A stretch of 64,000 nt of DNA from Bdellovibrionales bacterium (lineage in GTDB: Bacteria > Bdellovibrionota > Bdellovibrionia > Bdellovibrionales > UBA1609), in contig JAWLHR010000016.1 of assembly GCA_041690295.1 (NCBI GenBank), positions 1 through 64,000 of the forward strand, in the 5' to 3' direction. Shown here piece by piece: positions 31,472 through 42,739 of this stretch. Both the position numbers and the translations under genes were made by a program. How positions within the stretch are numbered: the stretch's first letter is position 1; each line of letters opens with the position of its first letter. The notes under the pieces were generated by a model that saw only the letters and a program-made list of their open reading frames with translations, searched no databases and was not told the DNA's origin.

Positions 31472-31504
31472 AAAAAAAGCCCACCTCAAGAGGTGGGCCT
31501 TTTG
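31472..31504. terminator. Bidirectional intrinsic terminator
   Basis: A7-GCCCACCTC-AA-GAGGTGGGC-CTTTT between convergent genes. Confidence 0.85.
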
Positions 31505-31505
31505 T

Positions 31506-32189
31506 TTAGAGGGCCACGAATCCCGAAAGGATCATCCCCTGGTTGTAACCATCGGCGCCGGCGGACTTGATGACGTTGAGCATGCCCCGATGGAATGTCA
31601 GCTCCGCGCCCATTTTCATGCCATTATAGGATTGGGGCAGCTCAAATCCGGCGCCCACTTCGGCAAGAAGATCAAGATCCCGAATGTCAGTCAGTTTTTC
31701 GACATGCCTGCCCGACTTTCCATCGCTCGCCCAACGGACCTCCATTTCCGATCGGGTATTCAACATCGGTGAAACCCCGCCTTTAAGATAAACGTCATTT
31801 TTGTAAACGAACTTCTTAACCGCGGCATGGGCCACCAAGTATTCCATCCGCACATTGGCATTACTCAAACGAATTTGGTTGTCGCCTTCAACCGGCATCT
31901 TGCCACCCGCTTGCAAATAGGTGAGCCCGGTTTGGAAAATCATTCCATTGAAATCAAAATCAGCCAAAACACCCACATGAAGGCCTTGATCCGCGCGAAC
32001 CACATCGGCTTCAGCCAAGGTGAAATGAGCGATTCCGACCGTAGGAATCAGCTTGAACGGCAGTTTGAACTTCTGTTTCTGAACTTGAGTTTTCGACATT
32101 TTACTGCGAGCCGCTGAGGCCTTTTTTCTCTGCTGAGCCATCGCTGGAAGCGTAAAAACCATCAACGCCACGATGAGAATGCGCGACAT
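31506..32189 (-). CDS. Outer membrane beta-barrel protein
   Basis: Signal peptide, alternating amphipathic strands, C-terminal beta-signal-like end. Confidence 0.7.
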   Translation of the reverse strand: MSRILIVALMVFTLPAMAQQRKKASAARSKMSKTQVQKQKFKLPFKLIPTVGIAHFTLAEADVVRADQGLHVGVLADFDFNGMIFQTGLTYLQAGGKMPVEGDNQIRLSNANVRMEYLVAHAAVKKFVYKNDVYLKGGVSPMLNTRSEMEVRWASDGKSGRHVEKLTDIRDLDLLAEVGAGFELPQSYNGMKMGAELTFHRGMLNVIKSAGADGYNQGMILSGFVAL

Positions 32190-32251
32190 ATGTATCCCCT
32201 TTGTTGTAGATCTGCGTTTACGCCCGTATTTTTATCGTTCAGCGAGGAGAG

Positions 32252-34222
32252 TCAACTGGAAACGGCCGCTTTCTTGCTTTCTGACGGGCCGTTGACGGGA
32301 AGAATTATTTTAAATTCCGTGCCCTGACCGGGTTCGGATGTGACAAGTATTTCGCCCCCATGTTTTTGCACGACCCCATAGGAAATGCTCAATCCCAAGC
32401 CCGTACCCGAACCAAGCGATTTAGTGGTGAAAAAGGGATCGAAAATCTTTTCCAAAGTGGCCTTGGGCATGCCCTTTCCATTGTCGCGAATGGCGACCTC
32501 CACCTTATCGTCCGGCAACGTTCGCGTGGTGATCGTGATCTCGCCATCACCCTCGATCGCCTGCGCGGCATTGCTTAAAACATTCATGAAGACCTGATTG
32601 AGCTGACTGGGATAACAGTTCACTTTGGGCAGCCGTCCGAAGTTCTTTATCACCTTAATCCGGTTTTTGAGTTCTCCGGTCAGAAGCTGAAGAGTGTTTT
32701 CGAGCCCTTCATGCAAATCCACCTGCTTGATTTGCGCTTCTTCAAGACGCGAGAAATTTCGCAGACCCAAAACGATGTCACGGGTCCGGCGTGCGCCGTC
32801 TTCGCACGAGGCGATCAACTTGGGAAGGTCTTTGGTGATGTAATCCAAATCCGCTTTTTCTTTTTCATCGCCCAGTTTGGCGGGCTCTTTTTCAGCCACC
32901 TGAATCAGATGCAGAAGCTTTTGCGAATAATCCCGCAAGTGCGACATGTTCGAATAGATAAAGCCGATGGGGTTGTTCAATTCATGCGCGATGCCGGCCA
33001 CCAATTGACCGAGACTCGCCATTTTCGCGGTATGAACAAGTTTGGCTTGAGTGTCGCGGATTTCATTATTGGCCTTTTCCAATTCCTGAATTTTGACCTT
33101 CAGATTCTTTTGCGATTCGAAGGTGCGGCGGGAGAGGTCATTGAAAGCATCCGCGAGAAGCCCGAGTTCAGTTTGATTATTACTTGGAACCTGAAGAAGC
33201 TCTTTATCGAAGTCAGCCCGTTCAATCGCGTTGAGCACGTCGTAGATGGGAGTCAGCATGATTCGCGAAGCGATCAAGCTGAGTCCGATGAGAAGTAAAA
33301 TGATAAAGCCAACGACGGTGAAAAAGGCCACGTTCACATTCTTTAAAACCGCTTTGGCCGCGCTCTTCGAGGCCGCAAGACCCATCACGAACTCGCTGTC
33401 GCCCCATTTCAACTCGCGCAACATGAAATGGTAAGGCACGCCCCGAATGTTGCGTTCAAAATAAGAGCTGTCTTTCACATAGGGCAGAAAATCTTCCACG
33501 CGGTAAAGGCTTAAATCCTCGTGGGTGGCGACAATGGTTCCGCCGCCGTTTTGAAAGAAGAAAATTTCCGCATTAAGGCGCTTTTTGATGTTCTCAAGCA
33601 CTTCTTCATCCATGGTCAGCGCGACTTCCACATAGCCGACCAGGCGACCCGCCGAATTCGTGATTCGGTTGAAAACTGAAAGTTCGAGGTAATTGTGTGG
33701 AGTCTTCGACCCGGCCGGGGCCGGATCACTGGCCACTTTCATGAGAAGCAGGTCTTTTTTGTTCTCCAAGGCTTGCAAGAGCGGCTCATTGAGTTCCACC
33801 ATACCGGACTCAAGACTTTCGCGCCTTTGCACCTGTCCTTTTTCGTCTTTGTAGAGAGCGATTTCCAACCCGCCGTCGCGGTTGAAGATCCAAAGTCTTT
33901 GGCTGACAACGGTGCCGCGAAACCACCGGCGCACATTCTCGCGAAGCTTCTCGATGTTGTTGGCCGCGAGAAAGTACCCAACCGCATTGTCATTCGAAAC
34001 GATTTGCGCTTCTTCGACGAGGCGGCTTTGGAAATCGTCCAGTATCACGCTGATCTCGCGCGCGTTGCCGAGCAACCGCGTGGAAAGCTCCATGTCGATG
34101 GCTTTTTCGTACTTAACCAGTGAATAGCCCGTGATCGATGCCAACGGCACGATGGAGAAAATCAGCAACCAAAAAATAAGGAGTGTGCGTAAAGACTTAC
34201 GGGGCCTCTGTCGAACCTTCAT
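32252..34222 (-). CDS. Sensor histidine kinase (periplasmic sensor, HAMP, NtrB-like core)
   Basis: Two TMs, [40 protein letters not shown]. Confidence 0.95.
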   Translation of the reverse strand: MKVRQRPRKSLRTLLIFWLLIFSIVPLASITGYSLVKYEKAIDMELSTRLLGNAREISVILDDFQSRLVEEAQIVSNDNAVGYFLAANNIEKLRENVRRWFRGTVVSQRLWIFNRDGGLEIALYKDEKGQVQRRESLESGMVELNEPLLQALENKKDLLLMKVASDPAPAGSKTPHNYLELSVFNRITNSAGRLVGYVEVALTMDEEVLENIKKRLNAEIFFFQNGGGTIVATHEDLSLYRVEDFLPYVKDSSYFERNIRGVPYHFMLRELKWGDSEFVMGLAASKSAAKAVLKNVNVAFFTVVGFIILLLIGLSLIASRIMLTPIYDVLNAIERADFDKELLQVPSNNQTELGLLADAFNDLSRRTFESQKNLKVKIQELEKANNEIRDTQAKLVHTAKMASLGQLVAGIAHELNNPIGFIYSNMSHLRDYSQKLLHLIQVAEKEPAKLGDEKEKADLDYITKDLPKLIASCEDGARRTRDIVLGLRNFSRLEEAQIKQVDLHEGLENTLQLLTGELKNRIKVIKNFGRLPKVNCYPSQLNQVFMNVLSNAAQAIEGDGEITITTRTLPDDKVEVAIRDNGKGMPKATLEKIFDPFFTTKSLGSGTGLGLSISYGVVQKHGGEILVTSEPGQGTEFKIILPVNGPSESKKAAVSS

Positions 34223-35222
34223 TTTCCGTCATGCCATCCTTCACAGTAAGAATAATGCGGATTTCACCTTCTGGCATCACCCGCGGATGGCGGTCCTTGG
34301 AGAACCGGACTGGACTAAAGGTATTGAGGAAGATTTGCAGTTCGTTGTAGTTGGACTCAGGTAGAGTGAAGTGGAAGTACGCTTCATTCGGACGGCGCAA
34401 CCAACCCAGCTCCACGTTACCCGCGATGCGCCCGCCGAGCGCTACGATCTTGTCGCGAATCGCGGGCCACGAATTATGAAAATCGGTGACTTGCATTTCG
34501 GCGCGATAAAGAAATCCCCGTCCGATCTGTTCCGCGCTTGAAGCCTGAGCGCGCGCCACTTCCGTGGACTCGGTGGACGCCGGCGTCGCGGCGGGAGTCG
34601 GGAGAGGAGCGGGCATCGGCGCGATCGACGGTAACAATATGGAACTTTTCTTCGGTGGTTCCCGTTGCGCCAGAAAATGAGGCACATCCGTCTCCTCTAT
34701 GGCCGGCTCCGGAATCATATCGGTCATTATCAGTTCCATGGGATCATATTGGATATCCGTATTGACGGGCGCGCTCGGCAAAGGATCAACTTCCGGATTG
34801 AATTTTGACATCTCGGTCAGAAGAATGTCCTTGTCCTCACCGTGCTTCCAGGGTTTGGTCAGAAAAAGTCCCAGGCCTATGGCAATGACGGCAAAGGCGT
34901 AGGGCAACATTTTCCAACCGCGCTCCGAGGACCAGAGCGTCCAAGCGCGCAAACGTTTTTTCCACTGGGGCTCGAATTTTTCCAACGCCTCGTAGAGTTC
35001 AGAAGAAATCTCCACTTTGGCGGCAATTTGGACGTAACGAAGCCCTTTATTCAGGTTTTCAAACTCGCGCGCGGATTCCCGGTCTTCGCGCAGGAACTCG
35101 GCGATCTGCTTTTCCTTTTGTTTGTCCAGGCGATGAGTCGCGTACTCATACAGCAGTTCCTGGCACAAAAAAGGTGTCATCTTGGTTTTTACAAAATCAA
35201 ACTCAAGGCTCAAGAAAACCAC
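34197..35222 (-). CDS. Anti-sigma-factor-like single-pass membrane protein
   Basis: N-terminal CQELLYEY helix, TM, Pro-rich linker, C-terminal domain; follows the sigma region-4 gene; start may be 35180. Confidence 0.5.
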   Translation of the reverse strand: MVFLSLEFDFVKTKMTPFLCQELLYEYATHRLDKQKEKQIAEFLREDRESAREFENLNKGLRYVQIAAKVEISSELYEALEKFEPQWKKRLRAWTLWSSERGWKMLPYAFAVIAIGLGLFLTKPWKHGEDKDILLTEMSKFNPEVDPLPSAPVNTDIQYDPMELIMTDMIPEPAIEETDVPHFLAQREPPKKSSILLPSIAPMPAPLPTPAATPASTESTEVARAQASSAEQIGRGFLYRAEMQVTDFHNSWPAIRDKIVALGGRIAGNVELGWLRRPNEAYFHFTLPESNYNELQIFLNTFSPVRFSKDRHPRVMPEGEIRIILTVKDGMTENEGSTEAP

Positions 35223-35634
35223 CTAATTGTCTTAAACCGCGGCCAACCCGATACCGAACCGTGCCGACACTGACTCCCAATCCCTTCGCGATTTCCTCAT
35301 CCGTGAAATTCAAGATTTGCGACAGCACAACCGCTTCAACTTCGAGATGATCGGCGTGGTTAAGGAAATTCATCCAGGCGATGCGGTTGAAGTTTTTGGG
35401 CTCGATAAACCCGTCGTGATCTTCCGAGGGATTCCATTCACGTCGGGGAATACGGTGCATGCGACCGCGCCATTTATTGAGCACATGAATCCAGCGATCC
35501 TTATGGGCGGTATCGATCCAGCCGTTGGATTTTAAATCCCCCAACACGCGAAAGCTGGCTGAGAATGTAATTCGATCTTCCAGGCTGAAAAAATAAAAGT
35601 ACTTCGCCACCGTTTCGATGACCGAAGTTTCCAT
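35203..35634 (-). CDS. Short sigma70 region-4 HTH protein (ECF-like)
   Basis: FTDEEIAKGLGVSVGTVRYRVGRGLRQL. Confidence 0.7.
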   Translation of the reverse strand: METSVIETVAKYFYFFSLEDRITFSASFRVLGDLKSNGWIDTAHKDRWIHVLNKWRGRMHRIPRREWNPSEDHDGFIEPKNFNRIAWMNFLNHADHLEVEAVVLSQILNFTDEEIAKGLGVSVGTVRYRVGRGLRQLGGFLEP

Positions 35635-35640
35635 TTCGCC

Positions 35641-36693
<1,053 letters not shown>

Positions 36694-36720
36694 TCACTTT
36701 AGGTGAGCGCGACCACACGG

Positions 36721-38367
36721 TCAACTTGAGCTTGCGGCCGCCAGCTCCCACGATAACTGATTTTGCAGGGCATTAATTTCGTCTTGTTGACGACTTGGAG
36801 TCCAACCCAATCGATCACCCATAACCCTCGCGATCGATTTAACGAAATTTAATCCATGATCAGGTCGTGAAAGTACCAGGGGTGATCGGCGGAAATAAAA
36901 ATCAACGAGGTGAAGACAGAGGGTATGTTCAACAGCATGGATCGCTTCCGCGCACCATAGCCATTCAGTCTCACTTGAACAAAGTCGGCGTTCGTCGATC
37001 GCGGTTTCGATTAATTTATAAGCTTCCATTCCATGGCGTTCCGCCAGGAGTTGGGTGGTTTTAGAATCTAAATCAAACTCCTTGGCCCAGTGAACATGGT
37101 CCTGTTGCGCCTTAGCCCACATGGATTCACTCACCAGAGGATTGAGCGGCCGTAAGGTCATCGAGTGGCCGAGCTTGATCCGATCAGTGATTTCCAATCT
37201 GCCCAGCATATGCTCAACCGCTTGCTCGGCCATTCGCCTGTAGGTCGTGTACTTACCGCCGGCGACAAAAGTTACGCCGTGCGGTTCCGTCCAAATGGCA
37301 TGTTCACGGCTGGTTTGGCTTTCAGTTTGGGCGCCATCATCGATCAGCGGCCTGACACCCGCGTAACAGCCAATGATATCCTTCGCCGTAATCTTGGCTC
37401 CCGGAAAATAATTTTCGATGACCTTGAGCAGGTAATCGACATCATCCGCCTCGGTTCTCACTTTGGCCGGATCCATGGAGAAGTCGGTATCCGTGGTGCC
37501 GACGATCACCATTTCATGCCGAGGTATCGCGAAGACGATTCTTTTTTCCGCGCCCATGACCACGGCTTCTTTTAGGGGAAAGCGTTCTTTTAAAAAGGTC
37601 AGGTGAACACCTTTCGAGGGCCGCATGGTGGGTTTCCATTGGCGAAAAAGAGTTTGCCCGATCCTGTCCGTCCACGGGCCCACGCAACTAACGAACTGCC
37701 GCGCGGAGAGTACGAAGGTGCGGTTGGAAACGAAGTCGGTGCATTCAATGCCCCGGACCTGACCGCCGTCCATGACCGCGCCGACCGCCTTGGTATAATT
37801 GGCAAGCTCAGCGCCATACGACCTGGCGGATCGTAAAGTTTCAAGCACTAATCGGTCATCGTCCATGTACGCATCATAGTAACGAAAGCCACCGACAAGG
37901 TTTTTATCTTGAAGAAGCGGAAACTCGCTCAACAATTCATCACGTCTTAGGAATTGATGCAGCTCCGGCGCTTCAAACAAACTTAAAGCATCATAAGCCA
38001 GCATACCGAGCGCCATCTTCCAGGCTGGTACGCGACCGGATTTATATACGGGAATCAAAAAAGGAAGCGGGTGTACCAAATGCGGCGCCAATTCGAATAA
38101 TTTCTGACGTTCCGAAAGCGCTTCGAACACCAGAGAAAATTCGAAGTTTTCCAAGTAGCGGATTCCGCCATGGATCAATTTGCTTGAGCGCGAACTGGTT
38201 CCTGAAGCGAAGTCGTTGGCCTCGATCAACGCCACTTTCAGACCGCGGCTCGCGGCATCGCGGGCGATACCGGCACCGGTGATGCCGCCGCCGATAATCG
38301 CCAGGTCAAAGTATTCCACTTGCATTTTCTGCAAGGAACTTTGCCGGTCACGGAAGGAAAGGGACAT
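36721..38367 (-). CDS. glpD: FAD-dependent glycerol-3-phosphate dehydrogenase
   Basis: GGGITGAG, GTSSRSSKLIHGGIRYLE, GTTD, GVRPL, GGKYTTYR. Confidence 0.95.
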   Translation of the reverse strand: MSLSFRDRQSSLQKMQVEYFDLAIIGGGITGAGIARDAASRGLKVALIEANDFASGTSSRSSKLIHGGIRYLENFEFSLVFEALSERQKLFELAPHLVHPLPFLIPVYKSGRVPAWKMALGMLAYDALSLFEAPELHQFLRRDELLSEFPLLQDKNLVGGFRYYDAYMDDDRLVLETLRSARSYGAELANYTKAVGAVMDGGQVRGIECTDFVSNRTFVLSARQFVSCVGPWTDRIGQTLFRQWKPTMRPSKGVHLTFLKERFPLKEAVVMGAEKRIVFAIPRHEMVIVGTTDTDFSMDPAKVRTEADDVDYLLKVIENYFPGAKITAKDIIGCYAGVRPLIDDGAQTESQTSREHAIWTEPHGVTFVAGGKYTTYRRMAEQAVEHMLGRLEITDRIKLGHSMTLRPLNPLVSESMWAKAQQDHVHWAKEFDLDSKTTQLLAERHGMEAYKLIETAIDERRLCSSETEWLWCAEAIHAVEHTLCLHLVDFYFRRSPLVLSRPDHGLNFVKSIARVMGDRLGWTPSRQQDEINALQNQLSWELAAASSS

Positions 38368-38375
38368 CGATGCTC

Positions 38376-38834
38376 CTAAAATCGACTGCTGCGAATTTCA
38401 ATCATAGGCTCGTCGGACTGATGGGCTTGATTCCAGTCTTCAACAAGCCGCGCCCGAATTTGATTACCCTCGATTAACACACATTGAAGATGTTTGTCTT
38501 TCGCCCATTTATAAGCCGTGTCCAATAAAAGGCGACCGATTTCGTCATCCGTGAATACCAGCTCTTCAATCCAATAGGTTTGCGTCAGCCCGCGAAAAAA
38601 CAAGAGTGGTTGACCTAAAAGAAATCCGCACAGCTTGCCGTTTTGGAAAGCGCCGAAGCACCAGCCTTGCGGCAAGTAGTACGCCAGCGCCTCCGGCCGC
38701 CAACGCGCCACCCACGTTTGCATTTCAACATCCATTTCATCCGAAATGGCTTGATGCAAAAGTTCGCGCGCGAACTTCGTGATCGCATCTTCATCGGTGG
38801 GCAGCAAAATGCGGATTTCGAGGTTGGACACCAT
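38376..38834 (-). CDS. GNAT-fold hypothetical protein
   Basis: GKLCGFLLG...WIEEL...IGRLLLDTAYKWA pattern; ATG 38834 with AGGTG SD avoids overlap with the divergent gene. Confidence 0.6.
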   Translation of the reverse strand: MVSNLEIRILLPTDEDAITKFARELLHQAISDEMDVEMQTWVARWRPEALAYYLPQGWCFGAFQNGKLCGFLLGQPLLFFRGLTQTYWIEELVFTDDEIGRLLLDTAYKWAKDKHLQCVLIEGNQIRARLVEDWNQAHQSDEPMIEIRSSRF

Positions 38835-38859
38835 CCACACCTGAATATATGATGCTCGC

Positions 38860-39609
38860 GTGCTGAACAACAAAAAGGCATTTCCACCCGAAAAACTGAA
38901 AAGGTTGCTGGATGACCTTGAGAAAAAGCGGCCGCGCGGCCGTGCGGTCGCGGCATTTGACGCTGATGGCACCCTCTGGGACACGGATTTGGGCGAGATG
39001 CTCTTTGGTTACCAGGTCAAAAATCGCTTGGTGCCGCTGCCCGAGGATCCCTGGGGCCATTACAATTACCTGAAAGAAAACGTTTCCCATCCCGCCGCCT
39101 ATCTTTGGCTCGCGCAAATCAACAATGGCGTTCCGCTCGCGCAAGTGCGCCATTGGGCGGAAATGGCGGTCGCTGAACATCAGCCGATTCCCGTGTTCGA
39201 AGCGCAAATGGCGATTCTCGACAAACTGGATTCACTGGATGTGGAAGTGTACATCGTGACCGCATCCATCACCTGGGCGGTGGAGCCGGGGGCGAAGATC
39301 ATCGGACTTCGGCCGGATCAGGTGATCGGCATCGAAACCCACGTTGTGGATGGCATTATCACCGATAAGCAAAAAGGGGTGATCACCTACCGTGAAGGCA
39401 AAGCCGAAGCTTTGCTGGCGCGGACGGGAGGCGTACGCCCTTATTTCGCCGCCGGAAACACGGAAGGCGACAAATGGCTTCTTGAAAGCGCCACGGACCT
39501 GCGGCTCGTGATGTCGGCCGCACCCGTCGGTTCAGAAAACTGGCCGACCGAATCGAAAATGCTGGCCCTGGCTTCTGAACAAGGCTGGTATTCCCACCGG
39601 TACGAGTAA
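38860..39609 (+). CDS. HAD family hydrolase (phosphoserine phosphatase-like)
   Basis: FDADGTLW, IVTAS, GKA, GNTEGD motifs. Confidence 0.88.
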   Translation: MLNNKKAFPPEKLKRLLDDLEKKRPRGRAVAAFDADGTLWDTDLGEMLFGYQVKNRLVPLPEDPWGHYNYLKENVSHPAAYLWLAQINNGVPLAQVRHWAEMAVAEHQPIPVFEAQMAILDKLDSLDVEVYIVTASITWAVEPGAKIIGLRPDQVIGIETHVVDGIITDKQKGVITYREGKAEALLARTGGVRPYFAAGNTEGDKWLLESATDLRLVMSAAPVGSENWPTESKMLALASEQGWYSHRYE

Positions 39610-39651
39610 CTGATTATCGACATTGGGCGCCAAAACGATTAAGGTGCGGGC

Positions 39652-39918
39652 ATGGATAAAGTGTATTCGATGATCAAAGGCCTGCTTATATTCGTGTTCG
39701 TGAGCATTATTGCTGTTGTTGTGGGCGTCTTCATGACAATCACCGGCCTTATCTTTTTGTTGGCCCGGCTGATCACCGGTCGTCCTGCACGGCCGCACTT
39801 TCGTGTTTACACCCACCACATGCGCTTCAAGGATGTTTATGAGCCGCGGCCGGAGCCACGTGATGTGACCCCAAGACCGCAGCGAATGCTGAACTCAACT
39901 CCGACTGAAACACCTTAA
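39652..39918 (+). CDS. Small membrane protein
   Basis: Long hydrophobic segment followed by a basic/Pro tail with RDVTP. Confidence 0.55.
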   Translation: MDKVYSMIKGLLIFVFVSIIAVVVGVFMTITGLIFLLARLITGRPARPHFRVYTHHMRFKDVYEPRPEPRDVTPRPQRMLNSTPTETP

Positions 39919-41213
39919 CGGACATTTGGAGCGTCCTGACAGATGGGCCGGTAACTGAGTTCGTGCAGTTCTTGCGCATCCGCCCCCATGAAGAATTTCA
40001 AGGTCATTTGCTTTAAGCACTCGCCTTTTCCGCTGATCCCGTGACCGAGGAAGTTATCGATGTAAAGGAAGTTGTTTGGAATTTCATTGGCCATGCGGAA
40101 CATGGCTCGCGCGGGCGTCACGTGATCGAAAGCACCACCCCAGATGAATGTGGGCACTTCAATTTGTCGCAACAACGGCGTGTAATTGAAGAGTTCCTGA
40201 TGGCCCTCATACTCTTTGCAAGCGGCGCTAAAGCCCATCTCCACCCAGGAAAATTCTCCCTCATATTTTGCCCGGCCAGAGAAAATTTCCAGACAATCCA
40301 ACGATCGAGTCATCCACGGCATCACGTCGAGCTGGGAGTAGCTCAAATTCTTCAAAACTTCGTCTCTTCGACCATCATTTAACTTAAGCAGTATTTCTTG
40401 GGCCTTTTCGGGAATCCGCTTCGTGCGCCCCACGTATTCGTAAAGTGGGTACATCGACCACATAAAGAAGTTGTTCTTTAATTCCGGATCCCCTTGAAGG
40501 TGATGTAAAAGCTCGTCTTTTAATTTAGGTTCCATCGCGCTCGTGATCAGCGACTCGAGCTGAAGTCCCGCTAAATTAAATTCATCCGCGGACGAGACAG
40601 CTCCGCCCAACCAAAGCCGCTCAATGTGATCCGGATAAAGAAGCGCATAGGTTTGCGCGAGGATCGACCCATAGGAGTAACCCCAAACATTGATTTTACC
40701 TCGATCGCCAACCAGCTCCCTGCGAATCATTTCTATGTCACTGGCCGCCTGTCGCATCATCAAGGATTGAGGCGGTTCATGCCCGGGAAAGAGCGGTCGC
40801 GAACAGCCCAGACCTCGGTGATCCATGACGATGACATTGAAGTGTTTGAATATCTCTTCGCCCAGCAAAGGCTCCAGAGCGTGCATATCCGCATGGGTTT
40901 GGCCGGGTCCGCCAGGAATAAGAATGAGAAGCTTTTTCGCCCGATCGAAGGGGCGAAAGATTTCATAATAAAGACGAATCTTTTTTCCCAGGTGTTGCGC
41001 CTGAAGATCCTTAAAAACATTGAGACCCGGGATCCGATCCACCCGCGCCATGGACTCTAAATCATGAAAGAGCGGAACATCGATGTACCGGTTGGTCCAA
41101 TCGAGCTTTGGACATTCAAAATCTCCATTTTTCCAATCCGGTGCCTCGATGGCGAAGGCCACGGCCGGAAATAGGACGAAAGCGATCAACCAACAGAGTC
41201 CTCGAATGAACAT
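39915..41213 (-). CDS. Secreted alpha/beta hydrolase (prolyl aminopeptidase S33-like)
   Basis: Signal peptide, GGPG, DHRGLGCS, GYSYG nucleophile, D and H of the triad (FDHVTP, LGH). Confidence 0.88.
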   Translation of the reverse strand: MFIRGLCWLIAFVLFPAVAFAIEAPDWKNGDFECPKLDWTNRYIDVPLFHDLESMARVDRIPGLNVFKDLQAQHLGKKIRLYYEIFRPFDRAKKLLILIPGGPGQTHADMHALEPLLGEEIFKHFNVIVMDHRGLGCSRPLFPGHEPPQSLMMRQAASDIEMIRRELVGDRGKINVWGYSYGSILAQTYALLYPDHIERLWLGGAVSSADEFNLAGLQLESLITSAMEPKLKDELLHHLQGDPELKNNFFMWSMYPLYEYVGRTKRIPEKAQEILLKLNDGRRDEVLKNLSYSQLDVMPWMTRSLDCLEIFSGRAKYEGEFSWVEMGFSAACKEYEGHQELFNYTPLLRQIEVPTFIWGGAFDHVTPARAMFRMANEIPNNFLYIDNFLGHGISGKGECLKQMTLKFFMGADAQELHELSYRPICQDAPNVR

Positions 41214-41333
41214 ATTTCCCCCCTTTGTTGGCCGCAGGTTCCGTTAAGGCGACAACGTCGTCAAAAATGAAGCAAGAAATGTAGAAATTTAATTTTAGCT
41301 ACTAAGACCGACATAGATTTTTTTCACTTCAGA

Positions 41334-41407
41334 ATCCTGAAAGCTGCAGCGACGCATCCTGGTGCGGCGGCCGCTGCAGCGATGCATCCTGAAAAGGAAC
41401 GGCCTAC
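41334..41407. repeat. Partial REP-like element with internal tandem duplication
   Basis: CATCCTGAAAAGGAACGGCCTAC at 41385-41407; GCTGCAGCGA(C/T)GCATCCTG repeated at 41343 and 41373. Confidence 0.72.
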
Positions 41408-42732
41408 ATTTTACCGACGATGGATTCGATTTCGGCGATGTCTTTGGGGACTCCCGCGGTGAGAACTTCGCAACCGGTGTCGGTCACGAGCACGTCGTCC
41501 TCGATGCGGATACCGATGCCGCGCAAGTCCTGAGGCACGTTGGGGTCGTTCTCAGGGAAATACAACCCCGGTTCCACCGTCAGGCACCAGCCGGACTCGA
41601 TCAATCGCGGTTCGCCATTGACCAAAAGTTGTCCGACATCGTGGGTGTCCAAGCCTAGAAGGTGACTCACGCCATGAGGATAGTAGCGAACATAAGCTTG
41701 AGACTTGATGAGGTCATCCACATTGCCGCGAAGGACTCCCTCTTCCACCAAAATCTCCGTCAAATTTCGAATCGTGTAAGCTTGCAGATCAAAAGGAACC
41801 AAGCCGGGTTTGATCATGTCGATCACACCCTTTTGCACCCGCAGAATCTTTTCATAAATCCGTTTTTGCGCGGGCGAATACTTGCCGTTCACCGGCCATG
41901 TTCGAGTGATATCGCCTGAGTAGTATTCGTACTCGGCGCCGCAATCGACCAACACCAACTGACCGTCCCGAAGCGTATCCGAATTGAAGCGGTAATGGAG
42001 TGTGGTGGCATTGTTACCCGTGGCCACAATGCCGGTATAGGCTTCACCCATCGCTCCGCGTTCCATCACTTCTTTTAAAAACAAACCATGCAAGGCGCGC
42101 TCAGTGATTCCGGGTTTAGTGGCTTTCATCATCGCCACGTGCGCTTCGGCACTGATCGAAGCGGCCTTTCTCATGAGTTCCACTTCGTCTGGCCCTTTGC
42201 GAATCCGAAGTTCGCTGACAACGGAGTAAGCGTCCTCGACCGGCAAATTGCCTTTTCCGTACTTGGGACGCCAGCCGCCGATCGCCTCAAGCATCACCCG
42301 GCCGAAAATTTGGTCGAACCCCGGATTGCGAAATAACGTGTAATAAACTTTTCTGCAGTTACCCAGAAGTTCGGGCGCGATTTTCTCGAATTCATGAATG
42401 TCATAGGTTTGGTCGAAACCGAATTCGGTCTTGGCGCCTTCAACGCCAAAACGAAATCCTTCCCAAGTCTCCCGCTCGATATTTTTGGGTCGAACGAACA
42501 TAGTTGTTTCGGGATTTTTTCCCGGACGGAAAATCAAACAACATTCCGGCTCGTCAAAACCCGTCAAATAATAAAGGCTCGATTCGCAACGATAATTAAA
42601 TTGCATATCACCATTGCGAAACTGTTCCGGCCAAGCCGGCAACACGACGGCTGAGTCCGGCGGTAAAAGCGCGGCCAACTTTTGGCGTCTGGCTTTTGCG
42701 ATTTCAATACTAAAAGGAGCTTTTCGCGACAT
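41404..42732 (-). CDS. pepP: Xaa-Pro aminopeptidase
   Basis: YYLTGFDEP, LHY, DCGAE, DITRT, HGVSHLLGLDTHD, TVEPGLY, GIRIEDD. Confidence 0.95.
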   Translation of the reverse strand: MSRKAPFSIEIAKARRQKLAALLPPDSAVVLPAWPEQFRNGDMQFNYRCESSLYYLTGFDEPECCLIFRPGKNPETTMFVRPKNIERETWEGFRFGVEGAKTEFGFDQTYDIHEFEKIAPELLGNCRKVYYTLFRNPGFDQIFGRVMLEAIGGWRPKYGKGNLPVEDAYSVVSELRIRKGPDEVELMRKAASISAEAHVAMMKATKPGITERALHGLFLKEVMERGAMGEAYTGIVATGNNATTLHYRFNSDTLRDGQLVLVDCGAEYEYYSGDITRTWPVNGKYSPAQKRIYEKILRVQKGVIDMIKPGLVPFDLQAYTIRNLTEILVEEGVLRGNVDDLIKSQAYVRYYPHGVSHLLGLDTHDVGQLLVNGEPRLIESGWCLTVEPGLYFPENDPNVPQDLRGIGIRIEDDVLVTDTGCEVLTAGVPKDIAEIESIVGKM

Positions 42733-42739
42733 ATTTACC

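Noticed and set aside
38835..38984. N-terminal extension of the GNAT-like ORF to 38984
   Set aside because: Overlaps the divergent HAD gene; a better ATG with SD exists at 38834
41343..41391. Direct repeats as a possible mini-CRISPR
   Set aside because: Only two 19-bp units with an 11-bp spacer, no cas genes; explained as part of the REP-like element
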